DNA from: Dehalococcoidia bacterium
Lineage (GTDB): Bacteria > Chloroflexota > Dehalococcoidia > Lucifugimonadales > UBA2985
DNA: 64,000 bases
Direction of reading: 5' to 3'
NCBI GenBank assembly: GCA_965221925.1
Contig: OZ244924.1
Coordinates: 328,989-392,988 of the forward strand
The position numbers and the translations under genes are program-made. Every line of letters starts with the position of its first letter. Within the stretch, counting starts at the first letter, position 1. Under the pieces are notes generated by a model. That model was not told the DNA's origin and did no database searches. It saw only the letters and a list, made by a program, of their open reading frames with translations. Of the stretch, positions 29,071 through 37,638 are shown one piece after another.

Positions 29071-29369
29071 GCTATCCCCTCCAACTGGGCGTCCCTAGCC
29101 TCCCGCGCTTCCCGGATGAACTCGGCCCCGTTGCTGGGAAGCACCTTGTCACCAAAGTACTTCTTTTGGAGTTCCTCGAACCGCTCGGCGTCAGACCAAC
29201 TGGACACGGGACTGCCGAAGCCCTGTGTCTCGTCTTGCGCCAACTCTTTGTCTATGGCTGTATAGCAGTAATGGCGCATGGTCACTCCCTTGAGGGCGGC
29301 AACCACCTTCAGCCTGCGCTGAAAGGTTGGCTCCAAATCCAATGTGAGCCTCTTCTTCTTGACTTCCAT
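29067..29369 (-). CDS. antitoxin, ribbon-helix-helix-like N-terminus (VapB-like)
   Basis: 100 aa. KKRLTLDLEPTFQRRLKVVAALKGVTMRHYCYTAI resembles an RHH beta-strand plus helices. Genetically coupled to vapC. Confidence 0.6.
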   Translation of the reverse strand: MEVKKKRLTLDLEPTFQRRLKVVAALKGVTMRHYCYTAIDKELAQDETQGFGSPVSSWSDAERFEELQKKYFGDKVLPSNGAEFIREAREARDAQLEGIA

Positions 29370-29483
29370 GGTTTGCTCCTTCCGAGAGAGTCTTGGTGCT
29401 TGAATTATAGTACATACACAGAAATAGCTTCAATACCCCGTTGATAATAGGCAACAAAAAGGACCACCATACATAAATCTGTT

Positions 29484-29522
29484 GGGGGAGGGTCATCGTT
29501 AGGAATTCGATGACCCTCCCCC
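29484..29522 (-). terminator. strong hairpin (15-bp perfect stem, 9-nt loop) downstream of the triple-HTH gene
   Basis: GGGGGAGGGTCATCG-TTAGGAATT-CGATGACCCTCCCCC. An A/T-rich stretch follows on the minus strand. Confidence 0.6.
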
Positions 29523-29604
29523 ATGTGAGTGACGGCCCAGCGCCCCTCGCTGTCCGGCTCAGCCTCTCACTGCTTCTCAAGCCCACTTGCCCGCTAGGGG
29601 AGGA

Positions 29605-30537
29605 CTAGGCAGCACGCAGCTCAGGTAGCGTCAACATGGCGGAGTAGCCCCGCTCGACGACGTGCGTCACCGACACGCGGCCCGTGCCGTCGTACCCGGC
29701 GCGGTAGGCGAACTCCGCCTTCGCGCCCCAAGGCACCCGGCCGCCGACCCGGATGGCGCCGCCGCCGGACCTGGCGCCGCGCACCACCATCCCGCTCCGC
29801 TCGCCCTTCCGCCAACCCAGCACCTTCACCTCGGCGGGCATGACCCGCTCCTCCGACTGCGACCGCTGGAACAGGACCCCGTGCAGCCTCTTCAGAACGC
29901 CCGGCGACGGCTTGGACTTGCCGGACATGATCTGGGAAAGATAAGCGGAACTCAAACCGGCCCGCCGAGCAACTTCGTTCTGGCTGATGCCGTGAGTATT
30001 CATCCGGTCCCACACGGCTTGGCGATCAACGACCGCGCACTTCGCAGCGGCAACCTTCGCCGGAGCCTCCAACGCCGACTCCACCCGGGCCTGGACCTTC
30101 ACGCCCATGTTCCTGTAACCACGGGACACCTGCGTCATGTAGCCATAAGACACCCCTGCACGCTCGGCCAGATCCTGCATACTCATGCCCAGCTCACGAG
30201 CACGCTCCCGGATGTAGCTGCTCTCCCCGCTTACGACGCCGCCCTGTCGGTAGACGACTCCCTGTCCGGGAACATCTCCCAACAGCGCCGCAGCCTTTTC
30301 CCGCATCTTCGGCGTCCAGGGTTTACACCCCGTCGCAATCTGCGACAGGTGACTCGCAGACACACCCATCTTGGCCGCAAGCTCCTTCATCGTGATCCCG
30401 CGCCGCCTCGCCGCAGCCCGAAGCTGAGTCTCTGACCTGCCAGGGTTCGATCCGGGTTTCGCTGTCTCGGCTAGTATCTCCAGGGCCTGCGCCGTGCCTG
30501 ATGCGGGGACATGCCTGTCAATGCTCGTAGTCGTCAT
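29605..30537 (-). CDS. protein with three tandem XRE-type helix-turn-helix domains
   Basis: Start set at MTTTSIDRH (ATG 30537, AAGGAGGA SD). Three HTH units: ITMKELAAKMGVSASHLSQIATG, MSMQDLAERAGVSYGYMTQVSRG, ISQNEVARRAGLSSAYLSQIMSG. Confidence 0.75.
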   Translation of the reverse strand: MTTTSIDRHVPASGTAQALEILAETAKPGSNPGRSETQLRAAARRRGITMKELAAKMGVSASHLSQIATGCKPWTPKMREKAAALLGDVPGQGVVYRQGGVVSGESSYIRERARELGMSMQDLAERAGVSYGYMTQVSRGYRNMGVKVQARVESALEAPAKVAAAKCAVVDRQAVWDRMNTHGISQNEVARRAGLSSAYLSQIMSGKSKPSPGVLKRLHGVLFQRSQSEERVMPAEVKVLGWRKGERSGMVVRGARSGGGAIRVGGRVPWGAKAEFAYRAGYDGTGRVSVTHVVERGYSAMLTLPELRAA

Positions 30538-30838
30538 GTCGCTTTCCTCCTTGTAGATGGAAAGCGAGGCCGCCCCCGTTGGAGACGACCCCGCTCGATT
30601 CCGTGTCCCGATAGTCGGGGCCGTCTCGTTGTGTAGTGTTGTTGCCGTGGCGAATGGCTGTTGCGGATTCCCTACGGGAAGCCGTGTGCGGGCAAGGCCC
30701 GTCGTGAATTGGGCACAGCTCCTCCTGGGCAGTGAGAGTGAGATGGGTGAGGCGGGAGCAGACCCCGCAAGCAAGGGATCGAAGCGAGCAAGCTCCGCTG
30801 TGGTGAAGCGGTGTGGAAAGTAGGGAAGCGGTTGACCG

Positions 30839-31123
30839 CTACCAGGCGGGGCGGGTGGCCCGTGCAAGCAGCCGCGGAAAGGCGGTGCGTCGTTGCGGGT
30901 GGGTTGCAAACGCAGTCGCAACGACGCCATCGGGGAGGGTGACGAATGGCCACGCGTCGTGGAATGGGCAAACGCCCCGGCGAACCCGGCCCCTTCCCCT
31001 GAGACGCACGTCCGACGCCTCAACCGTGTCGCGCGACTGGTAGCGCGCCTTCAGCGCAAGGATGGCAATGGGAGCATGGGCTACGACCAGGACGCGCCTC
31101 CCCCCGACCCGGGTCGAAGGCAA
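30839..31123 (-). pseudogene. internally deleted primase remnant (N-terminal ~45 aa fused to C-terminal ~45 aa)
   Basis: ILALKARYQSRDTVEASDVRLRGRGRVRRGVCPFHD aligns with the N-terminus of the 55203-56267 primase. ...VTLPDGV...AFPRLLARATRPAW aligns with its C-terminus. Most of the CHC2 finger after CPFHD and the whole TOPRIM region are missing. Confidence 0.7.
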
Positions 31124-31597
31124 GCCTTTCCCAGGGGCCTCAGCCCCCGCAGGCTGCGCCGCGAGACGATGTTGCCGGGCCGCCAGCGCATCCCCAGGAC
31201 CGCCGCGACCTCAAGCGTCCCGCCGTCGTCGGTGGCCACCAGGGCGGCGGCCCGTCCTGTGCCCTGGCTGTAGACCACAGCCTCCTGGTCGCCGAACTGC
31301 CGCCGCACCAGGTCCGTCCACTCGGCGAAGGTCAAACCGAGCCTGGTGCGGCTCAGCCTTCGTTGTGTCCATGCCGGCGAGGACCGCCAGCGCACCGTCA
31401 ACGTCCCCCGCCTGCCTGAGCCGCCGCGCCTCGTGGACGCTCTTGGCCACGCTCGGTGTCTCCGTCGCCGGTGCCGTCTCCGGCTGCTCCGAGAACAGCG
31501 CCGCCATTACCCGGTCGACCAGTTCTTCGAGGCTGCGCCTGGGCCGCACCGCCGTCTCCATCGTCCGATTGCCAGTTGCCAATGTTGCCCTTGTCAT
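31081..31597 (-). pseudogene. frameshifted paralog of the 54739-55206 gene (unknown function)
   Basis: Two frames together (RPRRSLEELVDRVMAALF...HEARRLRQAGDVDGAL and ...FAEWTDLVRRQFGDQEAVVYSQGTG...LGMRWRPG) align with the intact copy. Confidence 0.65.
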
Positions 31598-31964
31598 CAC
31601 GACCTCCTTCGTGTTGTGTTGCCTTGTTGATTGCGCCCTTGTGGGCAAAGAAGAAGGGCCGCCCCCGGCTGGAGACGACCCTTGCGTGTTGGGATGGGTT
31701 TGAGCGGCTCGAAACCGTCAGCCTTTGAACCGCCCCACCGTGTACCGTCCCGTTACTTCCATTCCTGTGTCCGTGATTCGTCTATGCCGATGTGACCTCC
31801 TTTCCGTGCTCGATGCCGTTGATCTCCGTCATCCATGTGCCAGTGCCCACAACGCCCGCAGTCCGACGATGAGCCGAATGCTGGAGACGGAGCGGGGTTG
31901 AAGAAGGCGCAGTTCGGCCCAGGGGCAACTCAGGGAAATGGACTCAGGGGGAGTTGCGATGAAA

Positions 31965-32455
31965 TGTGGGAGAACCGACCGGCCTGCAGATCGACCACAG
32001 GACGGCCCGGTGAGAGATGCAGCGAGACCCGGGAGCTACGTCGGTAACGTCCTGGGATGCTGCGTCAGGGGGAAGCGGCCAGCCTACAACGCAATCGCAG
32101 ACCGGCGCGTGGTGAAGCTGCGGCCAGTTCCACAGGAACCATGCCGCAGACGTGAGGAACCGGCCAGTGTGCAGGGCGCACTCCGACCAGGGTGTCCGAG
32201 GGCCGAGGCGCAGAGACGCATCGCCCTGGGTGACCCGTCTTCCGAACCGGCATCGGAGGAGCAGTGCTCGACCCCTCGACCGGCTCACGCAGCGGGAAGG
32301 CGCTTATCCCTCGTGGAACGCCGTCGGGAGAGCAGGGCTCGATCCGTCAGGCCGCTCCGGGTCGGGGATGGACCCTCCAGGTTTCTAGGCACGAAACGCT
32401 GGAAAAAGCCAGAAACTGCGTCAATTATCGCCCGAACATCCGACCGAATGGAAGG
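31965..32455 (-). repeat. conserved non-coding blocks, left copy (inverted relative to 53408-53877)
   Basis: Manual alignment shows three blocks of about 80-110 nt that are nearly identical to the right copy, separated by a diverged ~150-nt segment. Confidence 0.8.
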
Positions 32456-32534
32456 CCCCGGACGGGCAAATCAGCCCCTACGCCCAAATTGCTCGCTCCG
32501 ACTTAGCTCCTATTTCGCAGCCAGCGGCCCGGGC

Positions 32535-33431
32535 CTACTTCCTCCACAGTCCGAAGGTGAGGACGCGCCGGAGCCACCGACGCAGCAGCGCCCGGTTGCG
32601 CTCCGCTCGCACCCGCTTGAGGTCCTGAGTCCGCTCCCAGACCTTATCCCGCCGGTCGAACTCGTCCCAGGGGAACGAGGCGGGGGGCAGCGTCAGCTCG
32701 TGCTCCCCAACGAGGGCGATCTCCATCTCCAACATTGGCTCCTGAACCTCCGTCCTGTCCAGCGTGGCGCCGGTCTTCAGGGTCTTGAGGAACTCGGCCC
32801 GCACCCTCCGCCACTCGACGATCATCGGCGCCGCTTCGCCGTACACCAGGTCTTCGTCGGGTTCGGCTTCCGGGGTCACCAGCTGGGGATACGTCCTTGG
32901 GCGAACGTACCTTCGCTTCGTCGGCTCAGTCTCTGCTCCGGTCGGAGAGGGCGTCTCGGACTCGCTCCTTCCCGCCTCCAGCCGCACCAGCCGCCGCTCC
33001 ACGTGCCGCATCGACCTTGCGTGCTCCTCCCTGAACGCCTTGACCTCTCCCACGACGGCTTCGAGGCCGCCGCGCAGCTCCCGCTCCAAAGCAGACACCC
33101 GCTCCACCAACGCATCGACTCGATCCCGCTGCTGGGCGGCAGCCGAGCCGCCCCCCAGCAGCAGGTGCCGCTCCAAAGCGTCGGCCATCCGGTCGGTCAA
33201 CCGGCCCGTCTCCTCGTGACGCACCAGGGTTCGGTAGTTGACGCCCAGCGCCGCCGCCGTCTGCACCTTGCCCTCAGCTTCGATCATGTCGCGCAGCAGC
33301 GCCAACAGCCGCATATGCCGCAGGCTGTCCAGACTCCGGCTCGATTCGGGGTAGAAATCCTGTTCACTCACGCCTTCGGCCTCCCCGATTGCACTTCTAC
33401 AACTTTCGTAGGGCGCACTGTCCACTCGCAC
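32535..33431 (-). CDS. coiled-coil/HTH-like protein, paralog of 52385-53329 (unknown function)
   Basis: Aligns with the right-arm copy (LGVNYRTLVRHEETGRLTDRMADALERHL vs LGVAYRTLVKAEESGELTGRMSDALERLL; both end RRVLT(F/L)(G/W)LWRK). The real start may be GTG 33372 (GGAGG SD). Confidence 0.6.
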   Translation of the reverse strand: MRVDSAPYESCRSAIGEAEGVSEQDFYPESSRSLDSLRHMRLLALLRDMIEAEGKVQTAAALGVNYRTLVRHEETGRLTDRMADALERHLLLGGGSAAAQQRDRVDALVERVSALERELRGGLEAVVGEVKAFREEHARSMRHVERRLVRLEAGRSESETPSPTGAETEPTKRRYVRPRTYPQLVTPEAEPDEDLVYGEAAPMIVEWRRVRAEFLKTLKTGATLDRTEVQEPMLEMEIALVGEHELTLPPASFPWDEFDRRDKVWERTQDLKRVRAERNRALLRRWLRRVLTFGLWRK

Positions 33432-33597
33432 CCGCTTTTCCCGATTGCACTTCTGCCACTTTCACAGGGGGCGTTGTCCAAATCCCGTGGAAGGAACCCC
33501 GGAGACAAAGTGCTCGCAGGCTACCTCCTGTAGGGGGGCGTTCCACGCCTACGCCAGCTTGCCCACTACCTCGATTACAACCCGTCCACCGGACTCA

Positions 33598-33632
33598 AAT
33601 CCCTGTACACGGGTATCACACCACAACCGGCC
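33598..33632 (+). repeat. 35-nt direct repeat, copy 1 (AATCCCTGTACACGGGTATCACACCACAACCGGCC)
   Basis: 33/35 identical to 34211-34245. One related copy lies in inverted orientation at about 52095-52130. Confidence 0.8.
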
Positions 33633-33656
33633 CTCCATTTATCAGGCCCTGCAAGG

Positions 33657-33806
33657 GGGGACTCTGCGCGAGCCCGGGCACGCCGGGAGATGACTCCGAC
33701 ACAGGGTCGTGGTGCCCGGGGACTCTGCGCGAGCCCGGGCACGCCTGAGTCATCTTGTAATGACGTGCTCATGTCGATGGGGACTCTGCGCGAGCCCGGG
33801 CACGCC
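33657..33806. CRISPR. CRISPR-like mini-array: 3 identical 28-bp repeats, 2 unique 33-bp spacers, no cas genes in the window
   Basis: GGGGACTCTGCGCGAGCCCGGGCACGCC at 33657, 33718 and 33779 (61-bp period). Spacers are gggagatgactccgacacagggtcgtggtgccc and tgagtcatcttgtaatgacgtgctcatgtcgat. The repeat is homologous to a single regulatory hairpin at the same position in the sister element, so a non-CRISPR origin is possible. Confidence 0.35.
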
Positions 33807-33899
33807 GAAAGGCCTCCCTCGCTCACCATTCCTAAGACGTTCCCGGCTTCCCAGACTCAATGGGAGGCATCACGAACCCACCTGCGAGGAGGCGAAGAC

Positions 33900-33977
33900 G
33901 TGGGAGTTCCATCGACCGCCCGGCGGATCCTTGGCAGAGTCGGCGGAAGGACCAGAAGGCTGATTCCCGTGGCCCCA
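33900..33977 (+). pseudogene. remnant of the first T4SS-operon gene (signal-peptide region only)
   Basis: GAGGAGG SD, then GTG and GVPSTARRILGRVGGRTRRLIPVA, which aligns with MGAKSTVRRTLGRARRLMPVA of 51326-51970. Homology then ends. Confidence 0.4.
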
Positions 33978-34029
33978 TGTCCTGTAGAGGGCTGTCCTAT
34001 AGGGAGTTGCACACCCCCGATTCCAGCCT

Positions 34030-34200
34030 CCACGTCCAATTGCTCGCTCCGATGTAGCCCCAACCTCCGACTTCCCTTTTTGCAACTGCGTCCCATTTTT
34101 CGGAATCAGCCCATTCACAAATTGCTCGCTAGGACGGCCCCGACTTCCCTCTTTTCTTGCCATTTTCAGGTTCAAAACAGCCCCCGACTTGTATTTCGGG
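34030..34200. repeat. iteron-like repeat cluster (AATTGCTCGCTCCGA ... CGACTT ... TGCAACTG units), left copy
   Basis: AATTGCTCGCTCCGA at 34038-34052, AATTGCTCGCT at 34120-34130, a further copy at 32487-32501, and related units in inverted orientation at 52140-52330. Confidence 0.65.
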
Positions 34201-34210
34201 AACTGACGCC

Positions 34211-34245
34211 AATCCCTGTACACGGGTATGACACCACATCCGGCC
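34211..34245 (+). repeat. 35-nt direct repeat, copy 2
   Basis: AATCCCTGTACACGGGTATGACACCACATCCGGCC, followed by the hairpin GGGAGGAC-GCGCGT-GTCCTCCC (34269-34290). Confidence 0.8.
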
Positions 34246-34393
34246 TATTTGCTCCCATGTCCTCAAAAGGGAGGACGCGCGTGTCCTCCCATATACGGCA
34301 TGGTGTCCCGCCCCACGACCCCTCAGACTCGGCGGCAGGCAAACCGGCGGTGACAGCCGGACGCGTGCTCACGCCCGCCCGGCGAAGAGAGAT

Positions 34394-34621
34394 ATGAAGG
34401 AAAAGAGCAGACAGAGCGGGCGACGGATGCCCGAAGAGGACGCCTCCGAGTTCGGGGTGGTCAGGGTCATCTCCAGGCCCGCCCCCGACGCGGAGGACCG
34501 GCTGCGCCGCCTCTTCACCCTGCTGCTCGAACACGCAGCCAGGGAGAGGCAGGCCGCGCCCGAGAAGGATTCCCTTCCAGGGGCGGAACTCACTGGCGAC
34601 GACATCGAGGCGGAAGCCTAA
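34394..34621 (+). CDS. small hypothetical protein
   Basis: 75 aa ORF whose stop overlaps the start of the next gene (TAATG). No recognisable domain. Confidence 0.45.
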   Translation: MKEKSRQSGRRMPEEDASEFGVVRVISRPAPDAEDRLRRLFTLLLEHAARERQAAPEKDSLPGAELTGDDIEAEA

Positions 34622-35844
34622 TGCAGCCGGAATCGTTCCCCACCGACGACAGCCTGGGCCGGAGTGTCCAACCCGCATCTGCGCCACTCTCGGCGAAGGA
34701 GGGCGCGTTCGGCGAGGAGAACGCTCCGTACGAGGCAGTCTTCGGGGACGTGTCGAAGATCATCGACGCGGCCAGGGGATCGGCAGTCCGCTCGGTGAAC
34801 GCCGCCATGACCGCCGCGTACTGGCTGATCGGACGCCGCATCGTCGAGTTCGAGCAGTCGGGCGAGGAGCGGGCCGAGTACGGAGCCGCGCTCATCGAGA
34901 GACTGGCGGAGGACTTGACCGGACGGTTCGACCGCGGCTTCTCCCGTCAGAACGTCCAGAACATGCGCCTGTTCTACCTCTCATACCCAATCGAGAAGAT
35001 TCGCCAGACACTGTCTGGCAAATTGCCTGCATCCCCTCGATGGCGGATTCGCCAGACGCCGTCTGGCATATCCGAAGCCGCTTCCATCGAGCTGGGCTTC
35101 GACGACCTTCTCGTGGCCTTTCCGCTGCCCTGGTCAGCCTACGTGCGGCTGCTGTCGGTCAGGAACGAGAGCGCCCGCGAATTCTACGAAGCCGAGGCGC
35201 TGAGAGGCGGATGGTCGGTCCGCCAGCTCGACCGGCAGATCGGCTCCCAGTTCTACGAGCGCACCGCCCTCTCCAAGAACAGGGCCTCCATGCTGACGAG
35301 CGGGCAGAGGGAGCGCCCCGAAGACATCGCACTCCCCGGCGAGCAGATCAAGGACCCCTTCGTCCTGGAGTTCCTCGACCTCAAGGACGAGTACTCCGAG
35401 AGCGACCTCGAGGAGGCGCTCATCCACCACCTGGAGACCTTCCTCCTAGAGTTGGGAGACGACTTCTGCTTCATCGGCAGGCAGAGGCGCCTGCGCGTCG
35501 GCCACCAGTGGTACCGGGTTGACCTGCTGTTCTTCCACCGCCGCCTCAGATGCCTCGTGGTCATCGACCTGAAGATCGGCAGCTTCACCCACACCGACGC
35601 CGGGCAGATGCACTTCTACCTGAACTATGCGCGGGAGCACTGGGTACGGGAGGGCGAGAACCCGCCCGTCGGACTGATCCTCTGCTCCGAGAAGGACGAG
35701 GTCCTCGCCCGGTATGCCCTTGAGGGGCTGTCGAACAACGTGATGGCCGGGGAGTACCGCATCACCCTGCCCGACGAGGAGATGCTGGCAGCCGAGCTCG
35801 ACCGGACGAGGCAGACGATGGAGCTGCGCGCACAAGCGCTTTGA
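34621..35844 (+). CDS. YhcG-family PDDEXK nuclease (DUF1016)
   Basis: N-terminal DUF1016 helical region (AAYWLIGRRIVEFEQSGEERAEYG...LPWSAYVRLLSV) and a C-terminal nuclease core (YRVDLLFFHRRLRCLVVIDLKIG). Confidence 0.75.
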   Translation: MQPESFPTDDSLGRSVQPASAPLSAKEGAFGEENAPYEAVFGDVSKIIDAARGSAVRSVNAAMTAAYWLIGRRIVEFEQSGEERAEYGAALIERLAEDLTGRFDRGFSRQNVQNMRLFYLSYPIEKIRQTLSGKLPASPRWRIRQTPSGISEAASIELGFDDLLVAFPLPWSAYVRLLSVRNESAREFYEAEALRGGWSVRQLDRQIGSQFYERTALSKNRASMLTSGQRERPEDIALPGEQIKDPFVLEFLDLKDEYSESDLEEALIHHLETFLLELGDDFCFIGRQRRLRVGHQWYRVDLLFFHRRLRCLVVIDLKIGSFTHTDAGQMHFYLNYAREHWVREGENPPVGLILCSEKDEVLARYALEGLSNNVMAGEYRITLPDEEMLAAELDRTRQTMELRAQAL

Positions 35845-35963
35845 CGCCCCCCTGTCCAACGGGGTAAAATGGTGGGTAGAAGTTGACCCGGCGGTGCGCT
35901 AACACCCCGGGCCGTGGCGCCACCTGTTAAAGCCAGGCGATGCGAATAGATTGTACTACTCGC

Positions 35964-36000
35964 AGACCCGCTCTCGACAGGAGGCGGGTCTTCTTCATTT
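35964..36000 (+). terminator. rho-independent-type terminator after the YhcG gene
   Basis: Stem AGACCCGC / GCGGGTCT (8 bp) with a 12-nt loop, followed by TCTTCATTT. Confidence 0.5.
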
Positions 36001-36024
36001 CAAGGGACACGAGAGGAGGCAGTC

Positions 36025-37638
36025 ATGGCGAAAACCGCCTATAGGAAGACGGAACCGAATCGAGCGGCCATCTACGCCCGCGTCTCGGACAAGAGCCAGG
36101 ACGCGGAGGACAAGACCTCCATCTCCGAGCAGATCTCCGACATGGAGACCCACTGCAAGCGCAGGGGGCTGACCATCGTCGCCCGCTACCAGGAGGTGGG
36201 CAGAGGATGGTCGAAGAAGCGCCCCGAGTTCCAGAGGATGCTGGCCGACGCCCGACAGGGACGCTTCGACACCATCGTCTGCTGGAAGTCCGACCGCCTC
36301 AGCAGGGGCATGTACCCCGCCGCCGCCCTCATGGAGGTCGTGGAGGCGCACCGCATCAACCTCCAAGCCGTCATGGACGCCATCGACATGAAGACCTTCG
36401 GTCTCATGGCCGCCGTCGGCAAGATAGAGTTGGACAACTTCCGGGAGCGCTCTTCGATGGGCAAGCGCGGCACGGCCAAGCAGGGCCGCATCCCCATCAG
36501 CAACGTCCCCTACGGCTACTGCATCGGAGAGGACGGCAGGCCGGAGGTCGTGGAAGCCGAGGCCGAGGTGGTGCGCCGCGTCTACAGGACGTACGTCCGC
36601 GATGGGAAGGGAGCGCCCGCCATCACCCGGCAGCTGAACGCCGACGGCGTGCCGTTGGCGAAGGAGGGCAAGCGGTGGTACGACGGTACGGTCCATCGCA
36701 TACTCAGCAACGAGACCTACAAGGGCACCTGGTGGTACGGCAAGGCCCGCTACGTCTCAACCGAGGAGGGAATCCAGGTCTACGAGCAGCCGGAGGACGA
36801 GTGGATAGCGGTCCCGTTCCCCCCTCTCGTGGATGAAGATACCTGGGAGCGAGCCAGGGTGCTCCGCAGGCAGCGCTGGACCAGAGCCAAGCGCAACACC
36901 AAGGTGTTCTACCTGTTGCAGCACATGATGAGGTGCTCGGAATGCGGGTTCCTCATGGGCGGATCGGCGAATACGAAGAAGGAAGTCAAGCGCAACGGCA
37001 AGCTCTACAAGTATGAGTTGGACCCTCCCCGCCGGTACTACAGGTGCTACGGCTATCAGCAGATGCGCCTACAGTGCCGGGCAAAGCCGATGATCCGGGC
37101 CGAGCGACTGGAGAGCCTCGTCTGGAACCAGGTCAAGAATGCCCTGGAGAATCCCGGCCTGATCGTCGCCGGCATTGAGGCCCTTAACGCCCAGGAAGAC
37201 GGCGGCGGACTGGCCGAGGAGATCGCCCTGGCGGAGCGCGACCTCCAGAAAGTCCAGATGGAGGAGGACCGCGCAATCAGGCTCTACGTGTCGGGGAAGA
37301 TCACCGAGGACCAGCTGGACCGTCAGCGCAGGTTCATCACGGAGCGGCTGGAGACGCTCCGGGCCAGGCTGGACGAGTACCGCTCTCAGCAGACGGCGTT
37401 GGCCGAGAAGCGCATCCTGATGGAGAACATCGTCACCTGGGCCGAGAAGATGGGCGACAGGCTGGACGACCTGTCCGACGACGGACGCCGCGAGGTGTTG
37501 GAGCTTCTTCTCGACGGGGTGACCATCGACCGCGACAACAACGTCGAGATCACGCTGGCTGTCCCCACGGAAGAATTTGTCTCGATTGAACCATCGGCAT
37601 CAGATTTTCGCTGTAGAATTCGTCCACGCTCTCGATGA
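36025..37638 (+). CDS. large serine recombinase (intact)
   Basis: N-terminal resolvase domain (AAIYARVSDKSQ...CWKSDRLSRG), recombinase domain (VPYGYCIGEDG), zinc ribbon (CSECGF...YYRCYGY) and coiled coil. The last ~12 codons cross the right junction of the nested element. Confidence 0.9.
   Translation: MAKTAYRKTEPNRAAIYARVSDKSQDAEDKTSISEQISDMETHCKRRGLTIVARYQEVGRGWSKKRPEFQRMLADARQGRFDTIVCWKSDRLSRGMYPAAALMEVVEAHRINLQAVMDAIDMKTFGLMAAVGKIELDNFRERSSMGKRGTAKQGRIPISNVPYGYCIGEDGRPEVVEAEAEVVRRVYRTYVRDGKGAPAITRQLNADGVPLAKEGKRWYDGTVHRILSNETYKGTWWYGKARYVSTEEGIQVYEQPEDEWIAVPFPPLVDEDTWERARVLRRQRWTRAKRNTKVFYLLQHMMRCSECGFLMGGSANTKKEVKRNGKLYKYELDPPRRYYRCYGYQQMRLQCRAKPMIRAERLESLVWNQVKNALENPGLIVAGIEALNAQEDGGGLAEEIALAERDLQKVQMEEDRAIRLYVSGKITEDQLDRQRRFITERLETLRARLDEYRSQQTALAEKRILMENIVTWAEKMGDRLDDLSDDGRREVLELLLDGVTIDRDNNVEITLAVPTEEFVSIEPSASDFRCRIRPRSR
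37592..37611. other. right junction of nested element (attR-like): cggcatcAG|attttcgc
   Basis: Homology to the split recombinase gene resumes at 37602. Confidence 0.65.

Larger units (their letters stand above)
19117..37603. mobile_element. nested ~18.5 kb serine-recombinase element carrying defence cargo
   Basis: It is bounded by the two halves of one split recombinase gene. Only the dinucleotide AG (CT on the minus strand) is shared by both junctions. An intact LSR gene sits at its right end. Confidence 0.75.

Noticed and set aside
30538-31023. 162-codon upstream extension of the triple-HTH ORF, and similarly 41390-41728 upstream of the DUF3800 ORF
   Set aside because: The extensions are P/R/G-rich and overlap other features (primase remnant, relaxase-like gene). 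Internal ATGs with strong SD or ATGA coupling give sensible protein N-termini.
31938-33533. 531-aa plus-strand ORF; likewise 41242-42876 (+), 48174-50291 (+), 56286-57521 (-), 58280-60250 (-), 40383-41312 (-)
   Set aside because: These are GC-rich shadow ORFs antisense to or out of frame with genes that have clear homolog-like sequence. Their translations are dominated by R, P, G and A.
33690-34397. 235-aa plus-strand ORF spanning the CRISPR-like array, iterons and direct repeats
   Set aside because: Only about 25 codons after GTG 33900 resemble a real protein (the T4SS first-gene signal peptide). The rest reads through repeat and regulatory DNA.
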